A stretch of DNA of 64,000 nt from an uncultured Gammaproteobacteria bacterium (GTDB taxonomy: Bacteria > Pseudomonadota > Gammaproteobacteria > Poriferisulfidales > GCA-002705445): contig CAJWEM010000003.1 of assembly GCA_913031205.1 (NCBI GenBank), positions 3,474 to 67,473 of the forward strand. Direction: 5' to 3'. The notes beneath the pieces are model-generated. The model was not told where the DNA came from, did no database searches, and worked only from the letters and a program-made list of their open reading frames with translations. Each line of letters begins with the position of its first letter. Position 1 is the first letter of the stretch. Shown here piece after piece: positions 28,574 to 39,646 of this stretch. The translations under genes were made by a program, and so were the position numbers.

Positions 28574-29480
28574 CTAACACTTCCAAATTAAAAATATTAA
28601 TTTCTTTACCTATATCGACTGACATTAAGTCTTTCGCAAAAATAACATCGCCATTATAGTTTTCTTCAATAACTTTTAACACATCATTTTCATTAATTCC
28701 AAATAATAAAGCATGGGTTAATATAGTCAATTTTGGATTTGTTTGTTTTAATACTGAGATCATCTGATCTAAAGTTGTGTGTGTTGATGCTACTTCCCTA
28801 AGTTTTTTATTACTTTTGAATATTTTTTTACTAGAGGCAAAAATCTCATGAATTAAAATATCTGCGCCTTTAGCATTCTTTATTACATTTTCTGATAATG
28901 TCGTATCACCAGAGTAAACTATGTTTTTTCCTTTATATTTTATTTTAAAACCATAGGAATTATCGATGTGCCCATGATCATTTGCGAAACTTTGAATTGA
29001 GATTTTTTCTTCATTTAACACAGATTTCTTGTTTTTAAAACTAAAGCAATTAAGCTTCGAATATTTTCTATCTTTGTATCTATACTTTAAATCCATTTTA
29101 TAGGTATCCATAATATTTTTACAGAATGCATTTACGCCAATTGGTCCATAAACAAATGTATCTGACTTTTTTTGCCATAAATTACTTGTGAGCCAGAAGT
29201 CTGCAAGACCGATAACATGATCAAAATGAAAATGGGAAATATAAATTTCGTTAATATTTGAGTAATCGTTTCCTATTTGACTAAGTCTAAGACTAGTGCC
29301 TCTTCCAATATCAATCAATATCTGTTGATCTTGATTTTTTATTAATAGCGAAGGTCCTAATTTTTCTATGTTTGGTCTTGGTGTGCCTGTTCCTAAAAAA
29401 GTCATATTGAAAACATCACTAGCATTTGTAACGCTGGAGAGAAGAAAAATAATAAAGATATATTTAGTCATTTGTATCAA
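28563..29480 (-). CDS. secreted metallo-beta-lactamase-fold hydrolase (RNase Z/ElaC-like fold)
   Basis: 305 aa with a signal peptide. ISHFHFDH zinc motif. Confidence 0.7.
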   Translation of the reverse strand: MIQMTKYIFIIFLLSSVTNASDVFNMTFLGTGTPRPNIEKLGPSLLIKNQDQQILIDIGRGTSLRLSQIGNDYSNINEIYISHFHFDHVIGLADFWLTSNLWQKKSDTFVYGPIGVNAFCKNIMDTYKMDLKYRYKDRKYSKLNCFSFKNKKSVLNEEKISIQSFANDHGHIDNSYGFKIKYKGKNIVYSGDTTLSENVIKNAKGADILIHEIFASSKKIFKSNKKLREVASTHTTLDQMISVLKQTNPKLTILTHALLFGINENDVLKVIEENYNGDVIFAKDLMSVDIGKEINIFNLEVLDEK

Positions 29481-31290
29481 TTTTTAAAACAGCCATAAAA
29501 GCCTCTTGAGGCAATTCAACTTTTCCAACTTGTTTCATACGTTTTTTACCAAGTTTTTGTTTTTTTAAAAGCTTCATTTTTCTAGTTACGTCTCCGCCAT
29601 ATAACTTTGCGGTTACATCTTTTCGAAAGGCTTTCGTTGTTGCCCTAGATATAATCTGTGAACCAATAGCTGCTTGAATGGCAATATCAAAATTTTGTCT
29701 TGGTATTACATCTTTCATACCATTAACTAACTTCCTTCCAATGCTTTGAGACCTAGATTTATGTACAATTAATGATAAAGCATCAACCTTTTCTCCATTA
29801 ATTAATATATCTAGTTTTTGAAGATCGGATTTCTCAAATGAATGAACATAATAATCAAAAGAAGCATATCCTTTTGTACAGGATTTTAATTTGTCAAAAA
29901 AATCTAGGACAATTTCATTTAGAGGCATATAGTATTCGATTAAAGCTTGATTTCCGACATAAGATATTTTAATTTGCCTGCCTCTTTTTTGCTCACACAA
30001 AGTTATAACGTTGCCGATAAATTCGCTTGGGACTAGCATCGATGAGCATATTATGGGCTCATGAATTTCCTCAATTGATGACATATCGGGTAATGCGCTT
30101 GGATTATCAACTTCAATAAAATTACCATTTTTTTGCAGAACTTTATATACAACTGTAGGAGAGGTAGAAATTAAATTTAATTTATATTCCCTTTCAAGTC
30201 TTTCTTGAATAATTTCCATGTGAAGCATTCCTAGAAAACCACATCTAAAACCATGCCCAAGAGCTTTTGAGGTTTCTGGTTCGTAATCAAAAGATGAGTC
30301 ATTTAATTCTAATTTCTCTAATGCATCTCGAAAATCTTTATAGTCATCGCTGTTAATCGGGAATAATCCTGCAAATACTTTAGGTTGTATCTCCTTAAAG
30401 CCTTCAAGCGCATGACTATCTTGATCATCATACTCCAAAATAGTATCCCCAACTTTTGCTGAGGCAATATCTTTTACTCCAGCAACTAAGTAACCAACTT
30501 CTCCTTCATTAATAGTTTTTAATTTATTGACCTTTGGAGAATAGCATCCCAATTCTTCGACTTGATATGTTGCCCCAGTTGAGAAAAGTTTTATTTTTTG
30601 CTTTAGTGATAATGATCCATTAATAACTCTTACTAGTGAAACAATACCTAAATAATTATCGAACCAAGAATCAATAATTAGCGCTTTTAGTTTATTGTTA
30701 TCTAACTTTTTTGGTGCAGGTATTTTCTCAATGATTAATTCGAGTAAATCTTCGACTCCTTTCCCTGTTTTCGCGCTAACCTCAACAGAGTCATCTGTTT
30801 CGATTCCAATGATTTCTGATATTTGTTTTTTTACTTGCTCTGGATTAGCTGAATTAAGATCTATTTTATTTAACACTGGAAGAATTTCTAAATTGAGTTC
30901 TACTGCTTTGTAGCAATTTGCAACACTTTGTGCCTCCACGCCTTGGGATGCATCAACAACTAGCAAAGCCCCTTCGCATGCCGCTAATGATCTAGACACT
31001 TCGTAAGAAAAGTCGACATGGCCAGGCGTATCAATAATATTAAATTGATATGTTTTTCCATTTTTTGACTTGTAATTAAGTCTTACGCTTTGAGCCTTTA
31101 TTGTTATTCCTCTTTCTTTCTCCAGATCCATTGAATCGAGGATCTGGGTACTCATCTCCCTATCTGACAAACCACCGCATATCTGAATAAAGCGATCCGC
31201 TAACGTAGATTTTCCATGATCAATATGTGCTATAATTGAAAAATTTCTAATTAAATCATTATTTGATTCAGACATTGCAATTTTACTCAA
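29464..31290 (-). CDS. lepA: elongation factor 4
   Basis: 608 aa. [29 protein letters not shown] and NKIDL GTPase motifs. LepA-specific C-terminal domain. Confidence 0.95.
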   Translation of the reverse strand: MSKIAMSESNNDLIRNFSIIAHIDHGKSTLADRFIQICGGLSDREMSTQILDSMDLEKERGITIKAQSVRLNYKSKNGKTYQFNIIDTPGHVDFSYEVSRSLAACEGALLVVDASQGVEAQSVANCYKAVELNLEILPVLNKIDLNSANPEQVKKQISEIIGIETDDSVEVSAKTGKGVEDLLELIIEKIPAPKKLDNNKLKALIIDSWFDNYLGIVSLVRVINGSLSLKQKIKLFSTGATYQVEELGCYSPKVNKLKTINEGEVGYLVAGVKDIASAKVGDTILEYDDQDSHALEGFKEIQPKVFAGLFPINSDDYKDFRDALEKLELNDSSFDYEPETSKALGHGFRCGFLGMLHMEIIQERLEREYKLNLISTSPTVVYKVLQKNGNFIEVDNPSALPDMSSIEEIHEPIICSSMLVPSEFIGNVITLCEQKRGRQIKISYVGNQALIEYYMPLNEIVLDFFDKLKSCTKGYASFDYYVHSFEKSDLQKLDILINGEKVDALSLIVHKSRSQSIGRKLVNGMKDVIPRQNFDIAIQAAIGSQIISRATTKAFRKDVTAKLYGGDVTRKMKLLKKQKLGKKRMKQVGKVELPQEAFMAVLKIDTND

Positions 31291-32707
31291 TCTTTATCGC
31301 TAGATAGATAGAGTTACCTTGAGATCTTCTTACTAATAGCGGAGCAAAATCGCCTTTTTTCATATTTTTTAAAAGCTTACTGAAATGCTCGATGCTTTTA
31401 ATATCTGTTCCAGATATCTGGTAAATTATATCATTTTTTAAAAGACCAGCATCAGATGCAGGATTGCCAGTAATTTCAATTACTCTTATTCCATAAATAC
31501 CGTCTTTGCCAACACTCTTTTTTTCTTTTTCACTTAAATTGGATATTCTCATTCCCAAAACTTTTTTCGTTTTTGGTTTAGATTGATCAATTGTCTTTCT
31601 AGAAACTTGTTGTGCAGGAAGTTCCATGACTTTAAATCTTATTGTTTTTTTCTTCCCATTTCTTAAGATTTCTATCTTTACATTTTTTCCAACTTTTGTG
31701 TTGCCTACTATTGGTGGAAGTGAAGATGAAGATTTAATTTTCTTTCCATCAAACGTTAAAATAATATCACCTACCTTCAAATCTGCTTTAGAAGCTGGAC
31801 CATCTGGAATAATTTTGGAAATTAAAGCTCCTGAAGGTTTTTTCATGCCAAAAGACTTAGCTAAATTATTTGTAACTTCCTGAATATAAACACCTAGCCA
31901 TCCTCTTGAAACTTTGCCATTTTTCTTCAGTTGTTTTAATACATTGCTTGCAACATCCATTGGAATAGCAAAAGAAAGTCCCATAAAACCGCCTGACCTA
32001 CTATATATTTGTGCGTTTATTCCAACAACTTCTCCATCCAAATTAAAAAGTGGTCCTCCAGAATTCCCAGGATTAATAGCAACATCTGTTTGAATGAATG
32101 GGACATAGCTATCGTTTGGAAGACTTCTACCTATCGCGCTAACAATACCAGCAGTCACGGTGCTTTCGAAACCAAAAGGAGAGCCTATAGCGAGAACCCA
32201 TTGGCCTACTTTTAATTTTTGAGAATCACCAACTTTTACGGGTTTCAAATTTCTTGCTTTAATTTTTAATAAAGCAATATCACTCGACGGATCTGAACCA
32301 ATAAGTTCAGCATCAAGTTCTCTTTTATCATTAAGCTTTACAATTATTTGAGATGCGTCAGCTATAACGTGATGATTTGTAATTACATATCCATCAGACG
32401 AGTAAATAAAACCTGAGCCCATTGATTGCGATCTTCGGGGTGGTCTTTTATCTGGATTATTAAAACCTTTATCACCAAAAAACTTCTTTAAAAATTCGTT
32501 AAGCTCATCATTAGGTACTTGTGGAGCTGAGCCTTGATTTTTTTTATTAGCGCTTTTTCTTACAGTGCTTATATTAACAATACTTGAGCTATTATCTTCA
32601 ACTAACTTTGTAAAGTCAGGTAAATTATAGTCGCTTGCATATGTTTGAAATATAAATATAAAAGCGGTAAAGAGGGAAAAGGTTATATTTTTTATAATAA
32701 TTTTCAT
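31283..32707 (-). CDS. periplasmic serine endoprotease, DegP/DegQ (HtrA) family
   Basis: 474 aa with a signal peptide. His (TNHHV), Asp (DIALLKI) and Ser (GNSGGPL) triad plus two PDZ domains. Confidence 0.9.
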   Translation of the reverse strand: MKIIIKNITFSLFTAFIFIFQTYASDYNLPDFTKLVEDNSSSIVNISTVRKSANKKNQGSAPQVPNDELNEFLKKFFGDKGFNNPDKRPPRRSQSMGSGFIYSSDGYVITNHHVIADASQIIVKLNDKRELDAELIGSDPSSDIALLKIKARNLKPVKVGDSQKLKVGQWVLAIGSPFGFESTVTAGIVSAIGRSLPNDSYVPFIQTDVAINPGNSGGPLFNLDGEVVGINAQIYSRSGGFMGLSFAIPMDVASNVLKQLKKNGKVSRGWLGVYIQEVTNNLAKSFGMKKPSGALISKIIPDGPASKADLKVGDIILTFDGKKIKSSSSLPPIVGNTKVGKNVKIEILRNGKKKTIRFKVMELPAQQVSRKTIDQSKPKTKKVLGMRISNLSEKEKKSVGKDGIYGIRVIEITGNPASDAGLLKNDIIYQISGTDIKSIEHFSKLLKNMKKGDFAPLLVRRSQGNSIYLAIKIE

Positions 32708-32769
32708 ATTTGCCTTAGTTTTTAAATTATATTAGATTATACTTATTCTATCATAAAGGTTACATAAAA

Positions 32770-34416
32770 ATTTTAAAACAAGTTGAAAAATGTAGAGATT
32801 TTGACGTCCTAATTATTGGAAGTGGGGCTGCTGGTAATAGCTTGGCGCTTCAGCTTCAAGAATCCTTATCTATAGGTTTAATTTCCAAAACGCAACTACA
32901 CGAAGGTAGCACATATTATGCACAAGGTGGTATTTCCGCTGTGCTCAGTAAGATTGATTCAATTGATCAGCACGTTGAAGACACTATGGAAGCAGGTGCA
33001 GGCCTTTGTAAGGAGAATATTGTACAGGCAGTTGCAGAAGATTCGAAAGAGATAATACAGTGGTTACTCGATCAAGGTGTTGAATTTACCAAAAATGACA
33101 AGAGTCCAGACGCAAAACTTCATTTAACAAAAGAAGGTGGTCATACACACCCAAGGATTGTTCATGCTGCAGATAAGACTGGTGAAGTAATTCAAGATAG
33201 CTTAATTGACAAACTAAAAAAAAGAAAAAATATTGAAATTTTTACTCATCACGTTGCGGTTGATTTAATAATAAGCACGCAAGAAAAATCATCAATCAGA
33301 AAATGTCACGGAGCATTTATTTTAAATACAAGAAATAACGTAGTTGATACATTTCGCGCTAAGTATGTTGTAATTGCAACCGGAGGTGCTAACAAGGTTT
33401 ACTTATATACTAGTAATCCAGACACCTCATCTGGTGACGGAATTGCGATGGCATACAGAGCTGGTTGTGATATTGCTAATATGGAATTTATGCAGTTTCA
33501 TCCAACATGCTTATATCACCGCGATGCAAAATCTTTTTTGATCAGTGAGTCATTAAGAGGTGAAGGTGGGAGATTAGTATTACCAAATGGTAAAGAATTT
33601 ATGCATAAGTATGATTCTCGAGGAGTTCTTGCTCCTAGGGATATTGTTGCCAGAGCAATAGATAGTGAGATGAAAATACAAGGTCTTGATTTTGTAATGC
33701 TTGATATTTCTCATAAAAAGCCATCATTTATCAAAAAAAGATTTCCAAGTATTTATAAAAAATGTCTTGAATTTAATATTGATATAACGAAAGTAGGTAT
33801 TCCTGTCGTTCCTGCCACGCATTATACTTGTGGAGGAATTAACATAGATATAAACGCAAGAACAAATATAGAAAACCTTTATGCAATAGGAGAAGTTGCT
33901 CATTCTGGGCTTCATGGAGCAAACAGAATGGCAAGTAACTCATTGCTGGAATGTATATTTTTTTCTAAAAAGGTTCAAAAGGACATTATCAGACAAGAAA
34001 AATTAGATTCAACTAAAAATCTTAAAAATAATAATTTTAGTTTTACCAGAACAATTGGTAAAAATTCATCCGAAACAATATTGATAAAAAACTTATGGAA
34101 AGAAATTAGAACTCTTATGTGGGATTACGTTGGAATTGTGAGGACAAATGAGAGATTGCTAAAAGCAAAAATTAGAACTTCAATTTATAAAAAGGAAATA
34201 GAAGAATTATTTGAAAAAAATATTATCTCAAGTGACTTAATTGAGTTGAGAAATCTTATATATATTGCCGAAATAATTATTACTTCTGCTTTAACAAGAA
34301 AAGAGAGTAGAGGTCTTCATTATAATCTTGATTATCCTAAGATGAGTTGTAAGCCAGAAGATACAGTAATAAATAAGAATAAAAAAAGCAAACTCAAGTT
34401 ATATCAAGAAAAATAG
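32770..34416 (+). CDS. nadB: L-aspartate oxidase (start codon uncertain, probably non-canonical)
   Basis: FAD motifs plus the EGGRLV and HYTCGGI blocks. The GSGAAG dinucleotide-binding motif (32818-32835) is in frame but upstream of the first TTG/ATG/GTG (32842). An ATT at 32770 has AAGG 10 nt upstream. Confidence 0.8.
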   Translation: MLKQVEKCRDFDVLIIGSGAAGNSLALQLQESLSIGLISKTQLHEGSTYYAQGGISAVLSKIDSIDQHVEDTMEAGAGLCKENIVQAVAEDSKEIIQWLLDQGVEFTKNDKSPDAKLHLTKEGGHTHPRIVHAADKTGEVIQDSLIDKLKKRKNIEIFTHHVAVDLIISTQEKSSIRKCHGAFILNTRNNVVDTFRAKYVVIATGGANKVYLYTSNPDTSSGDGIAMAYRAGCDIANMEFMQFHPTCLYHRDAKSFLISESLRGEGGRLVLPNGKEFMHKYDSRGVLAPRDIVARAIDSEMKIQGLDFVMLDISHKKPSFIKKRFPSIYKKCLEFNIDITKVGIPVVPATHYTCGGINIDINARTNIENLYAIGEVAHSGLHGANRMASNSLLECIFFSKKVQKDIIRQEKLDSTKNLKNNNFSFTRTIGKNSSETILIKNLWKEIRTLMWDYVGIVRTNERLLKAKIRTSIYKKEIEELFEKNIISSDLIELRNLIYIAEIIITSALTRKESRGLHYNLDYPKMSCKPEDTVINKNKKSKLKLYQEK

Positions 34417-34939
34417 TTTTTCTATAATACTTCAGTTCTTCAATGGAATCCTTAATATCTTCAATTGCTAAGTGCTGAGGGTCTTTCTTGAACTTTTTAT
34501 CTGAGTACCACCTATTTACTAACTCTTTGATAGTGCTGACGTCAAGATTCCTATAATGAAAGTAGTCCTCTAAATCTGGCATGCATCTTGCTAAAAATCT
34601 CCTATCTTGACATATTCCGCTTCCACACATTGGTGATTTTTTTTTATCAATATATTTTGATAGAAACTCAATAGTCATTTCTTGAGCATCATGATACGTA
34701 TATGTGCTTTGTTTTATCCTATCGACTAATCCAGACTTATTATGTTGATTTGTATTCCACTCGTCCATTGATTCAAGATCTTCAAGTGGAGTTTTGATTG
34801 CTATAACGGGACCTTCTTCTAGAACATTAAGATCTTTATCAGTTACGATAGTTGCAATTTCTATTATTCGATCTTTGAATGTGTCAAGACCAGTCATTTC
34901 AAGGTCTATCCATATTAAGTTTTGTGCATTTTTACTCAT
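34394..34939 (-). CDS. orn: oligoribonuclease
   Basis: 181 aa. [12 protein letters not shown] DEDDh exonuclease motif and a C-terminal [14 protein letters not shown] motif. Confidence 0.9.
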   Translation of the reverse strand: MSKNAQNLIWIDLEMTGLDTFKDRIIEIATIVTDKDLNVLEEGPVIAIKTPLEDLESMDEWNTNQHNKSGLVDRIKQSTYTYHDAQEMTIEFLSKYIDKKKSPMCGSGICQDRRFLARCMPDLEDYFHYRNLDVSTIKELVNRWYSDKKFKKDPQHLAIEDIKDSIEELKYYRKTIFLDIT

Positions 34940-34980
34940 AATTTACATTATACTATAGGATAGTGATTGAAGTTTGAATA

Positions 34981-35580
34981 TCAATAAAGGGTTCTTTTCT
35001 CAAAAGCTTTAGACAATGTACGTTGATCGAGATATTCCAACTCTCCTCCCATTGGCACCCCTTGAGCCAGTCGTGTTACCTTAACAGAATTTTTAATTGC
35101 AATATCACTAATTACATGAGCAGTAACGTCGCTTTCTACTGTATTGTTTACAGCGAGTATTAATTCTTTGACAGTTCCTGAGGAAATTTTATCTTGCAAT
35201 AGATCAATACCAATTTCGTTTGGTCCTATCCCGTCAAGTGGGGACAAACGCCCGAGTAGAACAAAATACTTCCCATTATAGCTTGTGCTATTTTCAATAT
35301 TCATAACATCAGCAGGACTTTCAACAACACAAAGTAGTGCTTCACTTCTTGAAAGATCTGAGCATAATTCACAAACCTCATCTTGTGATAAATTTCTACA
35401 TGATTTACAGTTAATAGTCTTGTTTACAGCCTCTTTTAAAACCTCTGATAAATTAAGCGCTTCATCTTTTGCTCTCTGAAGTAAAAAATAAGTCATTCTT
35501 TGTGCAGTTTTCTTACCTACACCTGGCAAGCAAGTTAAAGCATTTATTAAATCTTCGATGAGCGTTTTTTTATTTGACAT
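34981..35580 (-). CDS. recR: recombination protein RecR
   Basis: HhH (LPGVGKKTAQRM), C4 zinc finger (CKSCRNL..CELC) and Toprim domain. I trimmed the start to the ATG at 35580 (MSNKKTLIEDL...), 5 nt after the ybaB stop. Confidence 0.9.
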   Translation of the reverse strand: MSNKKTLIEDLINALTCLPGVGKKTAQRMTYFLLQRAKDEALNLSEVLKEAVNKTINCKSCRNLSQDEVCELCSDLSRSEALLCVVESPADVMNIENSTSYNGKYFVLLGRLSPLDGIGPNEIGIDLLQDKISSGTVKELILAVNNTVESDVTAHVISDIAIKNSVKVTRLAQGVPMGGELEYLDQRTLSKAFEKRTLY

Positions 35581-35584
35581 AAAT

Positions 35585-35917
35585 TTAAAAAGGTAAATCT
35601 GTTGGCAAACCTTGTTTTGATAAAGTTGATAATTTATCTGATGACATCTTATCAACCTCTTTTGCTCCTTTATTCAAAATCTCTTTTAACATAATTTCGA
35701 GCTTGTCTTTATTATTAAAATCTATGTTATCCGAAAAATTTATTTTTTGAACTAGATGATCTCCATTAAAAACCACAGTAATACTTTTATCATCATTTGT
35801 AACTGTAATATTTGTTTTTGAAATCTCTTTTTTAAGTTTTTTCATATCTTTTTTCATTTTTTGGGCTTGTTTCATCAAACCCATCATGTCACCCATGCCT
35901 CCAGGACCCTTAAACAT
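35585..35917 (-). CDS. ybaB: nucleoid-associated protein YbaB/EbfC
   Basis: 110 aa. GMGDMMGLMKQAQKMKKDM N-terminus. Conserved dnaX-ybaB-recR order. Confidence 0.85.
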   Translation of the reverse strand: MFKGPGGMGDMMGLMKQAQKMKKDMKKLKKEISKTNITVTNDDKSITVVFNGDHLVQKINFSDNIDFNNKDKLEIMLKEILNKGAKEVDKMSSDKLSTLSKQGLPTDLPF

Positions 35918-35919
35918 AA

Positions 35920-37536
35920 TTAATCTCCTTTTGATTTTTCATTTATTTTGATTGAATTATCAATGCTTTTTGCTTCAAATTTGTCTTTAATAGCCTTAAC
36001 AAAAGCATCGTTATCAATCTCTTTTTCGGCTAATTTTATTTTATCATTATAATTTGCCTCTTGAGTTTTATTAATAGTATTCAAGTTATTTTCAGACAAA
36101 TTAAGTTTTATAAAAATTTCTTTCCCCAGAAAATTGGACAAAGCTTCTTGAAGCTTAGCTATTGATTTTTCTGTCGCAACATTTTTTAAATCCTCATTTA
36201 TTAAAAAATGGTAATTACTACCTTGATTATTGTTGAACATAATATTTTTAGCTAGATTCTTAGTTATCGAATCTATTTCAAGCCTAGAGACGATTGTCTC
36301 CCATTTTGATCCTATATCTTCAGATGTCTGACTTCCTATATATTTTTTTTCTTTTTCTTCTACGGGTTCAATTTTTTTTTTTGAATCTACTTTATTCTTT
36401 TTCTCTTGTGATTCGTCTTTTGAAAATTTTTCTTGCATTTTCTTTGAGTTGAACTGAAAAGGAGAAAATAATATCATTCTAATTATTGTCATTTCAAATC
36501 CACTTTTATAATCTGGAGCATACTCTAAGTCCTTTAAGCTTGATGTGCAAATCTGGTAAAGTGTTTGAATATTCTCCTCATTAAGCTTTTCTGAAAAAGC
36601 TAATATACTCTTTTCATAAACACTATCTTTTATTAAGTTTGTGACTTTATAAATTGCAGTCTGGTGTAATATCGAAATAATTTCTTCAAGTAAATATTTA
36701 AAGTCAGCTGATTCATAATAAATTTTATCAATAAAAATCATTAACGATTTAATATCTTCTTGAATAATCATTTCACATAGTTTATTAATATTATCAGCTG
36801 GTGTAAGGCACAATATTTTACATATGTTTTCGTATGTGATTTTGTTATCACCATGAGAAATGCTTTGTTCAGCTAAGCTTAAAGCGTCTCTCATACTACC
36901 GTCAGCAAGTCTTGAAATATTCTCTATGGCTTCTTTTTCAAATGTGACATTTTCATCTAATAATATTTTGGTAAGCTGGTCGCTTATAGTTTTTACAGAA
37001 ATTCTGTTTAACCCAAAATGTAAACATCTTGAAAGAATAGTGCTAGGAATTTTTTGATAATCCGTAGTTGCAAGTATAAATTTTACATGACTAGGTGGCT
37101 CCTCAAGAGTTTTTAATAGCGCATTAAAGCTATGTGTTGAAAGCATATGAACTTCGTCAATTAAATATACCTTAAACCTTCCTTGAGTTGGCATATATTG
37201 GACATTTTCTAAAAGCTCTCTAGTGTCTTCAACTTTTGTTCTCGAAGCCGCATCAATTTCGTATAAATCAACAAATTGACCCTGATCGATTGATTCGCAG
37301 CTAATGCATTCACTACATGGATCTGAACTAACTCCTTTTGTTTCGCAATTTAAGCATTTAGCAAGTATTCTTGCCAATGTTGTCTTGCCAACACCCCTTG
37401 TCCCTGTCAGCAAATAGGAATGATGAATTCTATTATTATCTAAACTATTGGCTAAAGCCTTTACAATTGGCTCTTGGCCGACTAAGTCAGAAAACGACTT
37501 TGGTCTCCATTTTGTGGCTAAAACGGTGTTATTCAT
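35920..37536 (-). CDS. dnaX: DNA polymerase III subunit tau (and putative gamma)
   Basis: 538 aa. KWRPKSFSDLVGQE, LLTGTRGVGKTT, a Zn module CxxC..C..C, YLIDEVHMLS and ILSRC motifs. A Lys/Glu-rich linker follows domain III. Confidence 0.95.
   Translation of the reverse strand: MNNTVLATKWRPKSFSDLVGQEPIVKALANSLDNNRIHHSYLLTGTRGVGKTTLARILAKCLNCETKGVSSDPCSECISCESIDQGQFVDLYEIDAASRTKVEDTRELLENVQYMPTQGRFKVYLIDEVHMLSTHSFNALLKTLEEPPSHVKFILATTDYQKIPSTILSRCLHFGLNRISVKTISDQLTKILLDENVTFEKEAIENISRLADGSMRDALSLAEQSISHGDNKITYENICKILCLTPADNINKLCEMIIQEDIKSLMIFIDKIYYESADFKYLLEEIISILHQTAIYKVTNLIKDSVYEKSILAFSEKLNEENIQTLYQICTSSLKDLEYAPDYKSGFEMTIIRMILFSPFQFNSKKMQEKFSKDESQEKKNKVDSKKKIEPVEEKEKKYIGSQTSEDIGSKWETIVSRLEIDSITKNLAKNIMFNNNQGSNYHFLINEDLKNVATEKSIAKLQEALSNFLGKEIFIKLNLSENNLNTINKTQEANYNDKIKLAEKEIDNDAFVKAIKDKFEAKSIDNSIKINEKSKGD
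36372..36382 (-). promoter_or_regulatory. A11 homopolymer in dnaX, candidate frameshift/transcriptional-slippage site for a gamma subunit
   Basis: The minus strand reads GAT TCA AAA AAA AAA ATT GAA CCC GTA G at codons about 384-392. The -1 frame gives AAT TGA (stop after 1 codon). The +1 frame gives TTG AAC CCG TAG (stop after 3 codons). Confidence 0.4.
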
Positions 37537-37578
37537 AATTAAATTTATGCTATCACAAATACGATTCTAATAATTATC

Positions 37579-38499
37579 TTATTTAAACATAAAAACAATT
37601 ATCACAGGAACATATATTAAACCAAATATGGTAGAGAAAAGAACTGCCGAGGATACTTTTTCTGGATGAACATCAAGTGCTGTTGCAAAAATTACTGTAT
37701 TCGCTGCTATTGGTACAATTGAAAGAAGCATAAAAGCCCTATATATCTCTATATTATATATATGAAAAATATAGAAATCTGATAAAACTAATACCAGCAT
37801 TAGTATAGGCCATATAATAAATTTTCCTAGAAAAGATAAAGCAATAAAATTATAATCGAACGAAAAGTTTTTTATTTTTGAAATACCAAACCCTATTAGC
37901 ATCATTCCTAAAACAACGTAAGCTCCTTGCATACTAGTTACAAAGTTATTCATAATATTTGGTAGCTTAATATCATAATTTAGAAAAATAACGGCAAAAA
38001 CAAAGGCATATAATGCTGGAAGTTTTTTTAATCTATCTAATGAGTCTTTTACATTATATCTGCCTCGCGCTGTTAAATAGTACACGACTGTATTTTCAAA
38101 AAGCGTTACGCCAACAGTACCAAGAATATAAACTCCGAAAATTTTCTGATCAAAGAGAAGTAACGCTATCGGTATACCAAAATAACCAGTGTTACCCTCT
38201 GCCGACACTATCGATAATACATTTGCTCTTGCGTCTCCATACTTATATATACCGTAGGAGTAAAATAAAAAAGCAACAAAGGAGCAGATTAGGAAAGCTA
38301 TAACAGGTAAAATAAATGTACTTAGTGATAAACTTGAATGTGTAATAGCTTCAAAAATGACAAAAGGAGCAATTATAAAAATTATCAACTTACCAATACC
38401 TTTTGCATCAATATCTAAGTATTTACCAGAAATAAAGCCGATAAAAACAAAAATATATAAAGGTAAAATTTTATAAAATATTGAAAAAAAGATATCCAT
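37579..38499 (-). CDS. AEC (auxin efflux carrier) family transporter
   Basis: 306 aa. About 10 TM helices in a two-halves arrangement, with the MDIFFSIFYKILPLYIFVFIGFISGK N-terminus typical of the AEC/MdcF-like family. Confidence 0.7.
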   Translation of the reverse strand: MDIFFSIFYKILPLYIFVFIGFISGKYLDIDAKGIGKLIIFIIAPFVIFEAITHSSLSLSTFILPVIAFLICSFVAFLFYSYGIYKYGDARANVLSIVSAEGNTGYFGIPIALLLFDQKIFGVYILGTVGVTLFENTVVYYLTARGRYNVKDSLDRLKKLPALYAFVFAVIFLNYDIKLPNIMNNFVTSMQGAYVVLGMMLIGFGISKIKNFSFDYNFIALSFLGKFIIWPILMLVLVLSDFYIFHIYNIEIYRAFMLLSIVPIAANTVIFATALDVHPEKVSSAVLFSTIFGLIYVPVIIVFMFK

Positions 38500-38514
38500 T
38501 AATGTTCTAAGTAA

Positions 38515-39018
38515 TTACTTTCTGTCGGAAGGATTATTTATAAAATTTAAAAATACATCAGTAACTGCATATGGACTTTTGTAATTTTTTGTAAATAAGC
38601 TTTTTAGATCTTTTGCGAGTAATTTTGGCTCATCTACAACATTATCGTGCACAATTATTCCTTTATTTGTTTCCATAAAAGAAAAGCCAGCGTAGTGGTT
38701 TAATCCTTCTACTTTAAAAATATAGTTTTTAACACCAACATATAAAATATAAATCTTAAAATCTAAAACTCTAGAGCTTGACTCTATTTGATCACCTCTA
38801 GTTCTTATGTTTTTTATTTTCAATGCTTTTAGTCGCTTTTTGACTTCAATGCTATCAATATTGTGGTCTGTCAAAATACCAACAATTGAGCTTATAAACG
38901 GCACCAAAAAGTCCACAGCCTGCTTTGCCAAACTATTTCTAATTGATTTTTGTAGTTTTATTTTTTCGTCATCCATAAACTTTACAGTTGAATTATTTGT
39001 TATTGTAAACTGTAACAA
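38515..39018 (-). CDS. hypothetical protein (no family recognised)
   Basis: 167-aa ORF with no TM helix or signal peptide and no motif I recognise. An alternative start is Met15. Its coding status rests only on length and tight packing after the AEC gene. Confidence 0.4.
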   Translation of the reverse strand: MLQFTITNNSTVKFMDDEKIKLQKSIRNSLAKQAVDFLVPFISSIVGILTDHNIDSIEVKKRLKALKIKNIRTRGDQIESSSRVLDFKIYILYVGVKNYIFKVEGLNHYAGFSFMETNKGIIVHDNVVDEPKLLAKDLKSLFTKNYKSPYAVTDVFLNFINNPSDRK

Positions 39019-39162
39019 CTTTATAACACCTTTTACTGTTTTTGTATGTTTTTTAGGTCCTTATTTTAGACCAAAGTGTTAATTTTATTTACTTGTATAT
39101 TTTGCTAAAATGCGATGTGAAAAAGAAACAGTCATAGATTTACATTTTATTATCAAAAGGAA

Positions 39163-39585
39163 TTGATTATGAATATACCTAAATTACCTGCACCTTTTGC
39201 TACTTTCCTATTAAGGATTCCTTTGTCCGTAATGTTCCTTCAACAAGGGCTAAGTAAGTTTCCTGTTACTGAAACCTCTGCTGAGTCATTTGGATTGCCA
39301 TATATTGTATGGTGGTTTGTAGCATATGGAGAGGTTGGATCTGCTGTAGGATTAATAGTTGGTGGAATCTTTGGCATTATGTTTACGAAAGGATTTGTAA
39401 GCGAATTAGCAGATCTTCTTACTCGATTTAGTGGCATTACAATGACTTGTGTGGTCACAGGGATAATTTGGTTAATGATGCCTAATAATTTAATGGATGT
39501 AATTTTAAATGATTACTTACACTTAAGTCTTTATGTTGGCGGCCTATATTTCGCCCTTAGAGGAAACACAAAATACGGTTTTTAA
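39163..39585 (+). CDS. DoxX-like membrane protein
   Basis: 140 aa, four TM helices. The LLRIPLSVMFLQQGLSKF segment resembles the DoxX family. Confidence 0.5.
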   Translation: MIMNIPKLPAPFATFLLRIPLSVMFLQQGLSKFPVTETSAESFGLPYIVWWFVAYGEVGSAVGLIVGGIFGIMFTKGFVSELADLLTRFSGITMTCVVTGIIWLMMPNNLMDVILNDYLHLSLYVGGLYFALRGNTKYGF

Positions 39586-39646
39586 AGTTATTATTTAATT
39601 AATTATTTAATATTTTTAGAAAAATTTTTAGATATTTATTATTAAA

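Noticed and set aside
35581-35655. 25-codon N-terminal extension of recR in the ORF track, and analogous extensions of rpsO (62195-62236), rraA (42979-42999), xseA (55626-55643) and ccmG (9103-9144)
   Set aside because: The extensions overlap the upstream gene and do not match the conserved N-termini. In each case an internal ATG reproduces the family N-terminus and gives a normal junction.
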